Notes under the pieces: generated by a model
Told to the model about the DNA's origin: nothing
The model's database searches: none
Seen by the model: only the letters and a program-made list of their open reading frames with translations
Shown here: positions 9,449 through 19,992 of the stretch, piece after piece
Layout of the letters: every line of letters begins with the position of its first letter
Numbering within the stretch: the first letter of the stretch is position 1
Translations under genes and position numbers: made by a program
Origin: an uncultured virus (IMG/VR IMGVR_UViG_3300030000_000004)
Lineage: Duplodnaviria; Heunggongvirae; Uroviricota; Caudoviricetes
Reading direction: 5' to 3' (one strand)
Virus record (IMG/VR): IMGVR_UViG_3300030000_000004
Length of the DNA stretch: 64,000 nt

Positions 9449-11347
9449 ATGTCATCAACACCAACATGCCCAAACGGTTCAGGCAGTATCAATAATCCTA
9501 ATGGATCAGATGTTCAAACGGGACGCAATATTACTGCGCTCTCTCCTTATGTACCATACACTCCTAACATCGGTGATTTAGAAATATCTAAAGTCAATCC
9601 AGATAGTTACTGTGAAACATCTGATCAATTAAGACAAGAAGCTTATGTTGCTGAAGTATTGAATATTTCTGGAGCACCAATAAATGTTTATAGGTTGCTT
9701 GGGATACATGAACAAGGTCAAGGAACAGTCTTAGAATCAGGTAAGATATTTGCATCAACTTCTAGTCCGGGTTACCCAATCACAAACCTTAATACCGGTG
9801 AACCATGGAAATCTCTTGACACTGGATCAAATGTAGTATTGAATGCAGCAATAGGTTTAGATTTCGGCATCAAGGTTCTTCTTAGTGGTGTTACGGAATA
9901 TGCACCACCAAAGAACAAATGGACAAAAATTGGTTCAATATCTATAACTCAATCTAACATACCAAATGAATATGCTCGTCAGGTTAAAGTTGAAATAACT
10001 GATGGGTTGTGCGAAATAAAAACTCCTAAGTTTGTTGGAACTGGTAATGGTACTTTTGCACCAAATGGTATGGGTCCAGATGTGAGTGATGGAACACTCA
10101 TGATAACTGCATCTTCAGCTACAGAATTTGCAGTACAGTTTCATTCAAACGGTCACACAATCATTTTACCTAATGGTAGATTCGGTACACAATATTTAAG
10201 TACTATTATCAACTTTACTATTAATGTTGGTCAAATTCCATTTATTTATGGTGACACATTTTTTGTACCTGTTTCATATGTTTGGAAGAGAGTAGGTTTA
10301 TTCAACTTGACTCAATCTCCACTACCACAAACTCTCAATCTTAACACTGTTCTTAATGTTAGAGCTGTACGAGTCATACCTACTTTATTCTCAGGAACAA
10401 GCAATTGGTCTGTTTATGGATTTGATGTTTCTGATTCTCCAGCAACAGACATTAACAATATCCAAGATTTATTCTTCAATGAAAATAGAGATAGAGATTA
10501 TGCATTAGAACCTGTGGTGTTGAAGGTCCAATATGCTCCTGCAGATTCAATGTCTGATTTAAGTAGATTTGGATTATCAATCCTCGATCAATATTCATTT
10601 AATGTTTCTTTTGCAACAATGATTAATGTTTTAGGTAGACCAATTGTAACTGGTGACATCATCGAAGTCATTCCAGAAATGCAATATGATCACAATCTTA
10701 AACCTGTAAGAAAGTTTATGGAAGTAACAGATACAGGTTGGGCTTCTGATGGATTTAGTACCATGTGGAAGCCAACGATCTACAGATTTTCTGCATCTCA
10801 AGCCACTCCATCTCAAGAAACAAGAGACATTTTCGGAACATTAGATACTCAAAAATATCTAGTTGCGGATTCTGTTCTTATGGGTGGCGTCGCTCCACAA
10901 TTAGACGTGACACCACTCACACAGATGGAAGAGATAACAAAAGAAGCATTGAATGCAGTTCCTGAACGTGGTTCAGATGATGGTGTCACAATTGCTGGTA
11001 CACATTTACCTCCAGCACTACCACCACTAAACGCAAAAGGTACACCATCTCCAACATATGGAAAAGGAAAACCAAATATTTACATTGAAGATGGTTTACC
11101 TAAAGGTGGAGAACCTTACACAGAAGGATATGCATTACCAGATACATCAACTGCTACTAATGGTGAATATTTCAGACTTTATTATCAGGATGATTTAAAA
11201 ATAGCTCCTAGGTTGTATAGATTTTCTACACTCAAAAATAAATGGATTTATCAAGAAACAGATAGACGTAGTGATTACAGTTCACACAAACCATCTATTA
11301 GAAACATTCTTCAATCTTCTTCAAAACAGGCACTTAACAAAAAATGA
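9449..11347 (+). CDS. gp14: Neck/head-completion protein, gp14-like, with inserted beta-rich domains
   Basis: IQDLFFNENRDRDY, LSRFGL, LGRPIVTGDIIE motifs; lies between gp13-like and gp15-like genes. Confidence 0.65.
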   Translation: MSSTPTCPNGSGSINNPNGSDVQTGRNITALSPYVPYTPNIGDLEISKVNPDSYCETSDQLRQEAYVAEVLNISGAPINVYRLLGIHEQGQGTVLESGKIFASTSSPGYPITNLNTGEPWKSLDTGSNVVLNAAIGLDFGIKVLLSGVTEYAPPKNKWTKIGSISITQSNIPNEYARQVKVEITDGLCEIKTPKFVGTGNGTFAPNGMGPDVSDGTLMITASSATEFAVQFHSNGHTIILPNGRFGTQYLSTIINFTINVGQIPFIYGDTFFVPVSYVWKRVGLFNLTQSPLPQTLNLNTVLNVRAVRVIPTLFSGTSNWSVYGFDVSDSPATDINNIQDLFFNENRDRDYALEPVVLKVQYAPADSMSDLSRFGLSILDQYSFNVSFATMINVLGRPIVTGDIIEVIPEMQYDHNLKPVRKFMEVTDTGWASDGFSTMWKPTIYRFSASQATPSQETRDIFGTLDTQKYLVADSVLMGGVAPQLDVTPLTQMEEITKEALNAVPERGSDDGVTIAGTHLPPALPPLNAKGTPSPTYGKGKPNIYIEDGLPKGGEPYTEGYALPDTSTATNGEYFRLYYQDDLKIAPRLYRFSTLKNKWIYQETDRRSDYSSHKPSIRNILQSSSKQALNKK

Positions 11348-12096
11348 TAACAGATTACTTTTATAATTCTCAACTTAGAACTTATCTTCTTCAATTTGCT
11401 AACATCTTTGCTGGACTACAAGTTAAGACGGGTGTTGGTGAATGTGGAGATGAAGAATTTATGTCAGTACCAATTTCAATTGGTAGTAGAGATAGAGTTG
11501 TTGCGGCTATTCAAGCTGGGAATACACAGAACAAACCTTTTTCTGTACCAGCAATGGTCGTGAATATCACAGGTATCAATCTTGCACAGACCCGAAAAGG
11601 TGTTGGTGTTATTGACAAAAGAACATATCTACCAATAGGTGGGATATTTCCAAACGATTTAAAAACTGTTACTAGAGTGATGCCAATTCCTTACTCAATG
11701 AGTACTGAGTTATCAATCTATGCATCAAATACAAATCAGATGCATCAAATTTTAGAACAGTTGCTCATGTTATTTGATCCTATTCTTCAGATTCAAACAT
11801 CAGATGTATCATTTGATTGGACAAAAATAACAACTGTTGAATTGACTGGTATCAATAATGAGGAAAATTATCCTGCAGGTGGAGATAGACGTATCATTAC
11901 TTGGACATTAACCTTTGAGGTTCCTATTTACATTTCTGCACCTATCGATATCAAAGATGATGTTGTTAGGAAAATCATAATCAGACTCGGCGACTTAGAC
12001 AAATTTAGAATAAATGAATTTGATGCAGAAGGAAACATGATACCTTTTGATGTTGGTGGTGATTATGGAACAACAATCATTGATGGTACAATTTAG
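11344..12096 (+). CDS. gp15: Tail terminator / sheath stabiliser
   Basis: YFYNSQLR.Y...F...F, VPI.IG, PIPY.M..ELSIY, QILEQ...F.P motifs. Confidence 0.85.
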   Translation: MITDYFYNSQLRTYLLQFANIFAGLQVKTGVGECGDEEFMSVPISIGSRDRVVAAIQAGNTQNKPFSVPAMVVNITGINLAQTRKGVGVIDKRTYLPIGGIFPNDLKTVTRVMPIPYSMSTELSIYASNTNQMHQILEQLLMLFDPILQIQTSDVSFDWTKITTVELTGINNEENYPAGGDRRIITWTLTFEVPIYISAPIDIKDDVVRKIIIRLGDLDKFRINEFDAEGNMIPFDVGGDYGTTIIDGTI

Positions 12097-12133
12097 AAAG
12101 TGTAGTGGAATTGCTGGATAAAATGCTCTTTTT

Positions 12134-12141
12134 CATAAATA
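12134..12141 (+). promoter_or_regulatory. Late promoter variant
   Basis: CATAAATA upstream of the sheath gene. Confidence 0.55.
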
Positions 12142-12203
12142 TCATATGAGTTAAATGCAAAATGAATTTGCAAATATGGTAATAATTTAAAGGAGAGATA
12201 TCT

Positions 12204-14048
12204 ATGGCTACTCTAGTTTCTGCCGGAGTTTCAGTTACAATTATCGACGAGTCGTTCTACATTCCAGCTGCAGCTGCTACGGTTCCGTTGTTTTTTGTCG
12301 CTACACGTAAGAGCAAATATCAACCAAATGGAACTACTATTGCTGCTGGTACTACTGAAAATTCAGTTGTTCGTACTGTAACATCAATAGGTCAAAGTGT
12401 CTCACTTTACGGAGTTCCTTATTTCTGGAAAGATTCATCTGGTAATCAATATCATGGTGATGCACGTAATGAATATGGTCTTTTTGCACTTAATCAGTAT
12501 TTAGGTTTAGGTAACCGAGCTTTTGTTGTTCGTGCTAATATCGATTTGACAGATGCTGCTGATAGTTTTATTGGCATTGGTGTTCCAGTTGCTGACACAC
12601 CTATCAGAGTTGGTATTGGTAATGGTACCTTGACATCAATTTCTGCAACTTCAGCTTTTGTTAAGCCAGAAACTATCACAATAATCTTCACATCTGCAAC
12701 TTCATTCAGTATTGTTGGTGATGTCACTGGTATTATTGGTTCTGGTGTTGTTGGTATTCCATTCACTTCAACGAAGGTTAATTTCACAGTAACTTCTGGA
12801 TCAACTGCATTCTCTGGAGATGATTATTTCCAATTCAATTTAGTTTATGCTCCAACTTCCTACACTGGTGTAGGCAATGGTACAATATCTTCTATTGCAG
12901 CAGATGTAAATGCTATCAATGAAACGTGGACTGTCACCTTAACTTCTCCAACTACATTCACCGTCACTGGTTCAACCTCTGGTCCAGATGCATCTGGTGT
13001 TGTTGGTGTTGCATACGATAACAACTTCATCAACTTTACAATGCACGCTGGAAGTATTCCATTTGTTGCAGATGATGAGTTCACCTTGACGTTATCCACT
13101 GTTAATCTTTACAACCCATTGGGTGCAAATGATGCTGCTAAACGTGTTGCTATTGCTACAGCTTTACAAGCAGAAATTAACAGCAATACTGAAGTACGTT
13201 CTGAAATGTATGAGTACAATCTTATCGTAGCTCCTGGATACCCAGAAGTTGTTGATGAATTGGTCGCTCTTTCAAATACTATCAATGATGAAGCATTTGT
13301 TATTGCTGATACACCATCAGACAAATCTCCAGAACAAGTTGCTGTATGGGCATTAACAAGTGAACGTGTGAGATCACAGAATGTTGCGTACTACTACCCA
13401 TGGGGTATTGCATCTAACTTAGACGGAAATAACGTGTTCGTTGCTCCATCTGGTATTGCATTACGCACTTACACGAACAGTGACAATCAATCATATGTTT
13501 GGTTTGCTCCTGCAGGTACTCGTAGAGGTACAGTTTCAGGTATCACTTCTGTTGGTTATGTAACTGGAACATTAGGTACCGCAACCACCTTCGTTGAGTC
13601 AAATCTTAACCAAGGTCAACGTGATAACCTTTATGAATTCTTTAAGAACATCAACCCAATAGTTTATTTTACTGGTCGTGGTATTGTTATCTGGGGACAA
13701 AAGACTTCATATAATGCAACATCTGCATTAGATAGAGTTAACGTAATGCGTTTATTGATGTACATCAAACGTCAATTACGTAAGAGTGCTTTCCCATTCT
13801 GTTTCGAACCTAATGATAAGGTTACTCGTGATGATTTGAAATCTGCTGCAGATGGATTCTTAAATGACATTATGGCTAAACGTGGTCTCTATGACTTCGT
13901 TACATTATGTGATGAATCAAATAACACTGCAACTAGAATTGATAATAACGAACTTTGGCTCGATATAGCATTGAAGCCTGTCCGTGCTGCAGAATTTATC
14001 TACATTCCTATCAGAGTTCTTGCTACTGGTGCAGAGCTTCCAAGTTAA
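12204..14048 (+). CDS. gp18: Contractile tail sheath protein
   Basis: LVSAGVSVTIIDES, WFAPAGTRRG, WGQKT, ALDRVNVMRL, FEPND, CDESNNT, P..AAEFIYI. Confidence 0.96.
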   Translation: MATLVSAGVSVTIIDESFYIPAAAATVPLFFVATRKSKYQPNGTTIAAGTTENSVVRTVTSIGQSVSLYGVPYFWKDSSGNQYHGDARNEYGLFALNQYLGLGNRAFVVRANIDLTDAADSFIGIGVPVADTPIRVGIGNGTLTSISATSAFVKPETITIIFTSATSFSIVGDVTGIIGSGVVGIPFTSTKVNFTVTSGSTAFSGDDYFQFNLVYAPTSYTGVGNGTISSIAADVNAINETWTVTLTSPTTFTVTGSTSGPDASGVVGVAYDNNFINFTMHAGSIPFVADDEFTLTLSTVNLYNPLGANDAAKRVAIATALQAEINSNTEVRSEMYEYNLIVAPGYPEVVDELVALSNTINDEAFVIADTPSDKSPEQVAVWALTSERVRSQNVAYYYPWGIASNLDGNNVFVAPSGIALRTYTNSDNQSYVWFAPAGTRRGTVSGITSVGYVTGTLGTATTFVESNLNQGQRDNLYEFFKNINPIVYFTGRGIVIWGQKTSYNATSALDRVNVMRLLMYIKRQLRKSAFPFCFEPNDKVTRDDLKSAADGFLNDIMAKRGLYDFVTLCDESNNTATRIDNNELWLDIALKPVRAAEFIYIPIRVLATGAELPS

Positions 14049-14083
14049 TAAAAATGACTTTAATAAAAATGACTTTAATAAAA
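14046..14083 (+). repeat. 15-bp tandem repeat (taataaaaatgactt x2 plus partial third)
   Basis: Seen directly, starting at the sheath stop codon. Confidence 0.85.
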
Positions 14084-14107
14084 GGGACCATTATGGTCCC
14101 TTTTATT
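14077..14107. terminator. Bidirectional-type terminator hairpin
   Basis: aataaaagggaccat-t-atggtcccttttatt, 15-bp perfect arms. Confidence 0.85.
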
Positions 14108-14125
14108 TTGCCCAGGTTAAGATTG

Positions 14126-14133
14126 TATAAATA
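14126..14133 (+). promoter_or_regulatory. T4-type late promoter
   Basis: TATAAATA upstream of the HNH ORF. Confidence 0.75.
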
Positions 14134-14161
14134 TGTTTAACAGCAACATCTAAGGATAATA

Positions 14162-14977
14162 ATGTTAGAATGTAAAATATGTGGATACAAACACGAAACT
14201 ATGATTTCACCATCACATCTTAAACGTCATGGTATTTCTGGTCAAGAATACAAAATAAAATTTCCAGGTTCAATATTACGAATACAAACAGAAGAAAGTA
14301 AAAATAAAGCTTCACAGTCTAAAAAGGGGTGTCAAGCGTGGAATAAAGGAATACCCCAACCAATAGAACAGCGGGAGAAACAATCTCGAACACGGAAATT
14401 AAAATTTGAATCCGGTGAATTAATACATTGGAATTTGGGTAATAAAACGTCACCCGAAACTAAATCAAAAATAAGTGCATCTTGTAAGGGCTTAACTCTT
14501 ACCCAAGAACAAAAAGAAAAACAACGCATATCAACTAAAAACTGGATAAATGGACCAGAGTATATACCACGTTTTAATAGACCTCGAACTAAACAAGAAA
14601 AACAGAACATAAGTGATGGTGTATTGAAGTCATATTCTAAAATTAGATTTAACCAAGAACTGGGTGGGTATTGGACGCCTTTGAAGGATATTCCAGAAGT
14701 TAAAAAGTATAGAAGAGAAGTTTGGAAGCTCACAAATGCCAATGCTCATCTTATAGAAAATTATGATGCCTCTAAAAGAGGAAGGTGCAGTAAGTCAAAA
14801 GATAACTGGCAAGTTGATCATAAGTTATCAATTACTCAAGGATGGCTAGATGATGTTACACCAGAGCAATTGTCACACCCTGCAAATTTACAGTTTATAC
14901 CATGGCGTGATAATCTATCAAAATGGCATAGAAGCTCTCTTCAAAAATCAGAGCTTCTAGATTTAATCAATAAATAA
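14162..14977 (+). mobile_element. Free-standing HNH homing endonuclease (Zn-finger and NUMOD-type repeats)
   Basis: CKIC...HLKRH, AWNKG, ETKSKIS repeats; WQVDHK...NLQFIPWRDNLSK. Confidence 0.8.
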
Positions 14978-14995
14978 AACATCATTAACTTTTGG

Positions 14996-15358
14996 ATGAA
15001 TATCGTGGAAGAATTAATATCCCATCTTTTCGCTGCTAGAGACACTGTACATTTGCTTCACCTAAGAACAAAGTCATTTGCTAAACATGTCGCCCTTAAT
15101 GATTTATATGATGCTCTACTTGAACTAGCAGATTCAATAGCAGAAATATATCAAGGTAAATATGGAATAATGAAAATTCCAAATCCTCAGTTTAATGATA
15201 CCGAATATGAGCCAGTTGAATTTGTTACTGAATTAGCAGATTGGGCTGAAGCATCTAGAGCATCAATAGCTCCAGAAGATACAAATTTACTAAATGAATG
15301 GGATACATTAATTTCAGCAATCTTTAGAGCAAAATACAAACTAGTTAATTTAGCATGA
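14996..15358 (+). CDS. Ferritin/Dps-like four-helix protein
   Basis: HLLHL...FAKH.AL..LY.....AD..AE.YQG resembles the Dps ferroxidase pattern; AATAAATA at 14969. Confidence 0.6.
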   Translation: MNIVEELISHLFAARDTVHLLHLRTKSFAKHVALNDLYDALLELADSIAEIYQGKYGIMKIPNPQFNDTEYEPVEFVTELADWAEASRASIAPEDTNLLNEWDTLISAIFRAKYKLVNLA

Positions 15359-16026
15359 GATTTAAAGAATTTCTGTCAGAAAAAACTAAAACGCCTATGC
15401 ATTTAGGGTTTGTCAGGCATGAATTAAATCAACTGAAACCACAACTATGGGACAAAAATTTAGAAGTTGGAGACATACTCGACATACTGAATAAGACTTT
15501 CGGTAAATTCTTGATAAGATTTGAAGAAACATATTCTAATGCAAATTCTAACTATTCAGTTGTTGGATTAGATGGTGGAAGTTTTTCAGCATCTGGGTGG
15601 ATCACTATAAACGTGATGTCAGATGCTGATGAATTTTTCAATGGTGATACTAGATCTTATTACAGTGAGTTTGTAGATTTATGTACAGCTTTGATAGGTC
15701 ATGAATTAACACATCGAGAACAAGTTCTTAAGTCATTGAAGAATTTTGATAATGCTCCAGACACTGATAATATGGTTAAATATCTAAAGGATCATAGAGA
15801 GTTAGAAAGCTATGCAGTACAGGCCGCATTAGAATTACTATCTCATTTTAGTAAGACAGAAATCTTATCAAAACTTTCATCTAGTATAGAGCTTGATAAA
15901 CTTAGTGCTTGGTCAGAAGCTATCAAATGGTACACACATAATTTTGAAACTTCAGATCCAACATTTAAGAAGTTTCTTAAAAAGATTGTTGATATTATCA
16001 CCAATGATACGGAGAACATAAAGTGA
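15355..16026 (+). CDS. Zincin-like metallopeptidase with capsid-targeting-like N-terminus
   Basis: MRFKEFLSE; GHELTHREQ (HExxH) and downstream ELESYA. Confidence 0.55.
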   Translation: MRFKEFLSEKTKTPMHLGFVRHELNQLKPQLWDKNLEVGDILDILNKTFGKFLIRFEETYSNANSNYSVVGLDGGSFSASGWITINVMSDADEFFNGDTRSYYSEFVDLCTALIGHELTHREQVLKSLKNFDNAPDTDNMVKYLKDHRELESYAVQAALELLSHFSKTEILSKLSSSIELDKLSAWSEAIKWYTHNFETSDPTFKKFLKKIVDIITNDTENIK

Positions 16027-16802
16027 GATTTAGAGAATACCTATTAGAGGATAGTGCTAAGCTAGAATCAGTCTTTAAAAAGATTGCAGAAAATTGTAAG
16101 CAGTTTTTGGATATGTCACATGATTGTCCGATTTATAGAGGCTTAGGGCGATCATCACCTGCTAAATTCATAAGAACACCTGTTAATAGGGAGTCAACTG
16201 ATTTATCTGATGAATTGACATTTTTAATGGATACAATCATTTTTGACAAATTTGAAATTCAGAATATTAGAAGTAAATGTTTTTTCGGGACTGGTGATGA
16301 AGAAATGGCAGCTGGATATGGATATCCATATTACATTTTTCCCACTAATGGATTTAAGTTTGTGTGGTCACCGGAGATTCATGACCCCTATGATCAATTC
16401 ATTTCGACAATTTTAATTCATTTTGCTGAAAAGTTAAAGGAGCATGGGTTCAAAATTGATGCTGATGATCTTGAAGAGATATTAGGTTTTTCTGACATGA
16501 CTAGCTCAATTAAATATGCAAAAGATCCATCAATTTTACTTAGAAAACCATTAGAAGAAACAATAGAAAAATTATTTTTACCGTTTTTGATAAATGGTAA
16601 TTTAGACAGAACTGTCAATTTATTTTCACAAACACTATTTGAATTAGGAGATTCGCTAAAATACTCAAACATGGATTTAGATTCTGCTATTAAATCAGGT
16701 GTTGAAATAATGTTCGTGGGATGTAGAGGTTATTATACAGTACCTGTTAAAGCCAATGTGACGTACACAGAAATATTACAAGAAATTAAAAAGTACCTAT
16801 GA
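16023..16802 (+). CDS. ART-fold-like paralog 2
   Basis: GTG start (M)RFREYLLE; PIYRG ... NIRSKCFFGTG ... GYG ... IFP ... VEIMF...GYY. Confidence 0.55.
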   Translation: MRFREYLLEDSAKLESVFKKIAENCKQFLDMSHDCPIYRGLGRSSPAKFIRTPVNRESTDLSDELTFLMDTIIFDKFEIQNIRSKCFFGTGDEEMAAGYGYPYYIFPTNGFKFVWSPEIHDPYDQFISTILIHFAEKLKEHGFKIDADDLEEILGFSDMTSSIKYAKDPSILLRKPLEETIEKLFLPFLINGNLDRTVNLFSQTLFELGDSLKYSNMDLDSAIKSGVEIMFVGCRGYYTVPVKANVTYTEILQEIKKYL

Positions 16803-17626
16803 TGAATTTTAAATCGTATCTATCAGAACAAGCATCTAGTCAAAAGTTTAAAGGATTTGAAGATATTATCCCTTTGATAAAAAGAGATTGTTCACAATTC
16901 TTGAATGAAGCTAAAAACTATCCATTGTACAGAGGCATAGGAAAACGAGTAATTTCAAATTTAGGTGATTTTATATTTAGCCCAACACCTGTCAATAGAA
17001 AAAGTTTAGACTCTGGTCCAAATTTAAATTTTGTATTGAATGCAGCAATTCAATACAAGTTTGGAATACCAAACATCAGAAGTAATTCATTTTTTGCAAC
17101 TGGTTCAGATCTTGTTGCAGAAGGGTATGGAGCCGTCTTGTATGTTTTCCCAACAGATAATTATACTTGTGCATGGTCACCTACCATATCTGACCCATTT
17201 GGAAAAGAGACAGAAATCATTTTAGATATATCTGATTTATTCCGTGAAAAATATAAAGGGAATTCAATTAGCTATTCATCTATGAATGATTTATTTGACG
17301 ACCTTGAAAAATTTATAGGATCTGAAAGGTGGGTTGATAATACTTCTGGTACAGATTGGTCAGATGCTTTTTCAAAACAGGTAGAATTTAATCATTTTTT
17401 ACAGAGACTTGTCACTCCTGATTACAGTATAGAAAAAATAGTCTCAATGATATCAGAGTGCTTAAAAGAATATGCTAAAAAAGCGTATAATAAAGGAGAC
17501 ATCGTATCAGCTATAAAAAGTAATAATGAAATACTTATTACGGGATGTGATGGATATTATGCGATTAACTCTAGCCAAGTTCCAGCATCGGATCAATATG
17601 GCTTCTTACTAGACTTATTAAAATGA
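16799..17626 (+). CDS. ART-fold-like paralog 3
   Basis: MNFKSYLSE; PLYRG ... NIRSNSFFATG ... NEILI...GYY. Confidence 0.55.
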   Translation: MMNFKSYLSEQASSQKFKGFEDIIPLIKRDCSQFLNEAKNYPLYRGIGKRVISNLGDFIFSPTPVNRKSLDSGPNLNFVLNAAIQYKFGIPNIRSNSFFATGSDLVAEGYGAVLYVFPTDNYTCAWSPTISDPFGKETEIILDISDLFREKYKGNSISYSSMNDLFDDLEKFIGSERWVDNTSGTDWSDAFSKQVEFNHFLQRLVTPDYSIEKIVSMISECLKEYAKKAYNKGDIVSAIKSNNEILITGCDGYYAINSSQVPASDQYGFLLDLLK

Positions 17627-18438
17627 ACATATCATTCAGAAACTTTTTAACAGAGAATAAGATTGAAAAAATTGATTCTCCAGAAATTATTCACGGACGT
17701 ATTGCACAAGAATGCAGACAGTTCTTGACTCATTCTGGCGGTATGCCAGTCTTTAGAGGCATTAAACAAGCATTTAGTTATTTCTATTCTGACACTCCAA
17801 TAGATAGGGTCAGTAAAGATTCAGGCAAAGCATTAACATTTGTTCTTAATGCCTTAGTTTATCATGAATTCGGAATCAAAAATATTAGAAGTAAATGTTT
17901 CTTTGGTACACATGATTTACATGTTGCACAGGGATATGGACCGACATATGCTATATTTCCGACTGATGGATTTGAATGCGTTTGGTCTAAAGACATAAAT
18001 GATCCATATGCAGATGATTATAAGATTTATTCAAGAATAAAACATGCAATGATTGTGGAAGGTTTTAACACTATTAATGATGCTGTCCAAGTCAATCAAA
18101 TATTTGATATTTTAGCTTCACAAATAAAACCGGACTACTGGGTCGATAATACTAACAACGGATTAGAATATCCTAATAAAATTTTAGGATTTACAGCAAT
18201 CGATAAAGCCTTCAGTAAACATTTGATTGACAATGATATAGAGAAAACTGTGAAGCTTTTTATTAAAGCTCTCAACAAAGCTTTTATATCGCTCGAATAT
18301 GATATCAGTAATTTAACCAGCGCCTTAAAAAGTAATCATGAGATAATGTTTACTGATTGTTCTGGTTATTATGGAGTGTACCTTGATGACTATGATGATT
18401 ATCATGAATTGATAGTTAATATTGAGAAATACAAATGA
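17623..18438 (+). CDS. ART-fold-like paralog 4
   Basis: MNISFRNFLTE; PVFRG ... NIRSKCFFGTH ... HEIMF...GYY. Confidence 0.55.
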   Translation: MNISFRNFLTENKIEKIDSPEIIHGRIAQECRQFLTHSGGMPVFRGIKQAFSYFYSDTPIDRVSKDSGKALTFVLNALVYHEFGIKNIRSKCFFGTHDLHVAQGYGPTYAIFPTDGFECVWSKDINDPYADDYKIYSRIKHAMIVEGFNTINDAVQVNQIFDILASQIKPDYWVDNTNNGLEYPNKILGFTAIDKAFSKHLIDNDIEKTVKLFIKALNKAFISLEYDISNLTSALKSNHEIMFTDCSGYYGVYLDDYDDYHELIVNIEKYK

Positions 18439-19289
18439 ACTTTAAAAACTTTTTGTTAGAGTCACCGTCAAAATACAACTTTGAACAGGGGTGTAAACAA
18501 ATAAAGCAACACTGTCAGCCATTTTTAACAGCTTCTAATGGTCAACCCCTATATAGAGGAACTCCTAGAATTAGAACAACTATATCCAATAAATCAGGTT
18601 ATACAGAAGATAAGATGGAACACATATCTTTTATTAACCATCCAGAAAATAGAACACCAAGAAACTCAGATCAACTGTTTAATAACGTCTTTAATGGTAT
18701 GATAGATTTGGCATTTGGTGTTAAAAATATACGTAGAAAAAGTATCTTTGCTACTGGTAATCTTGATGAAGCTTTAGCATATGGGACAGCACATTTTTGT
18801 TTTCCAAAAGATAATTTCAAATTTATCAATTCACCCAAAATACTAGATTCATTTAGCGATGAATCTAGTATTTTGAAGCATCTTAAGAATGAAATGTATA
18901 CATCTTTCCCAAAAGACAAAAAATTGAAATATGATGTAATAAGGGCATTTGCCTATGTCTGTGATTTAGGTGATCCAGTCGATTTCTTTAATGGTGATAA
19001 ATCATTAAGAAAGGCGTTCAATAATATTTTCAAAATAGAGGTACCTATTGAATTAGAAGTTGAACCATATGAAATATTCATTAGTGCTCTTAAAAAGACG
19101 GGATTAGATTTATATTCAGATACAGATATTTCTAAAGCAATTAAAAACAAACATGAAATTTTGATTTATGAATCAAATGGGTATTATATGGTACCATTCC
19201 CATTAGTGTTATCACAACTAGATCAGAAAATTGCTAACTTAGAAAACTACAGTAAAGCATATACCTATATTCTATCTAAAGTTTCATAA
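18435..19289 (+). CDS. ART-fold-like paralog 5
   Basis: MNFKNFLLE; PLYRG ... NIRRKSIFATG ... HEILI...GYY. Confidence 0.55.
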   Translation: MNFKNFLLESPSKYNFEQGCKQIKQHCQPFLTASNGQPLYRGTPRIRTTISNKSGYTEDKMEHISFINHPENRTPRNSDQLFNNVFNGMIDLAFGVKNIRRKSIFATGNLDEALAYGTAHFCFPKDNFKFINSPKILDSFSDESSILKHLKNEMYTSFPKDKKLKYDVIRAFAYVCDLGDPVDFFNGDKSLRKAFNNIFKIEVPIELEVEPYEIFISALKKTGLDLYSDTDISKAIKNKHEILIYESNGYYMVPFPLVLSQLDQKIANLENYSKAYTYILSKVS

Positions 19290-19319
19290 ACCGGAAAATG
19301 GTACATTTTGTAGTATCTC

Positions 19320-19327
19320 TATAAATA
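19320..19327 (+). promoter_or_regulatory. T4-type late promoter
   Basis: TATAAATA upstream of the tail tube gene. Confidence 0.8.
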
Positions 19328-19378
19328 AATAAACGGTTGATAGGATCAACGCATTATTTAATATTGGAGAAAATAATC

Positions 19379-19972
19379 ATGGCAACTTTAAGTCAAGCTG
19401 GGATTCCTGGTGCAGGATTTGGTATCTTGCACCCAAAGCAGAAGAATAAGTGGGAAATTACATTTGTGAATTTTGCAAAGCTGGTGCCTGCTGTTTCTTC
19501 TAGAGAACTAACTCGTCAAGCAGTTTCAGTATCTAGACCTAGTTTGGAATTTGAAGAAGTTCAGATGCACAGATATAACAGCACTGCATATATCGGTGGT
19601 AAACACTCATGGCAACCACTTTCATTGACGTTAGAAGATGATATTACCGGTTTGGCATCTTATGCTATTCAAGGTCAATTAGAAACTCAACAACGTTTGA
19701 TTGGTGGTGACTTACCAGGTAATTGGTTCAACACTTCAGCTACTGGTTCCGATTATAAATTCGGTGCATTGCTTAAGCAATTTGATGGTAATGAAGGTGT
19801 TGTTGAACAGTGGAAATTAGAAGGATGCTGGATAGTTTCAGCAGACTACGGTGATTTAGATTATTCTAGTTCTGAAGCTGCAACGATTCAATTGTCAATC
19901 AGATTTGACCATGCAAGACAAGAACTTACAGGTACTGGTTATGGTACTGCATTGGCTGGTAATCTTCAGTAA
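19379..19972 (+). CDS. gp19: Tail tube protein
   Basis: ATG after GGAG; P.L.FEE..., Y.GGKH.W.P..LT..DD, W.LEGCW....YG.LDY....A.TI.L..RFD. Confidence 0.88.
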   Translation: MATLSQAGIPGAGFGILHPKQKNKWEITFVNFAKLVPAVSSRELTRQAVSVSRPSLEFEEVQMHRYNSTAYIGGKHSWQPLSLTLEDDITGLASYAIQGQLETQQRLIGGDLPGNWFNTSATGSDYKFGALLKQFDGNEGVVEQWKLEGCWIVSADYGDLDYSSSEAATIQLSIRFDHARQELTGTGYGTALAGNLQ

Positions 19973-19992
19973 TCAATTAAGGAGCAATAATT

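Noticed and set aside
16023..19289. Diversity-generating retroelement behind paralog diversity
   Set aside because: No reverse transcriptase and no near-identical template/variable repeat pair in the window; divergence spans whole genes.
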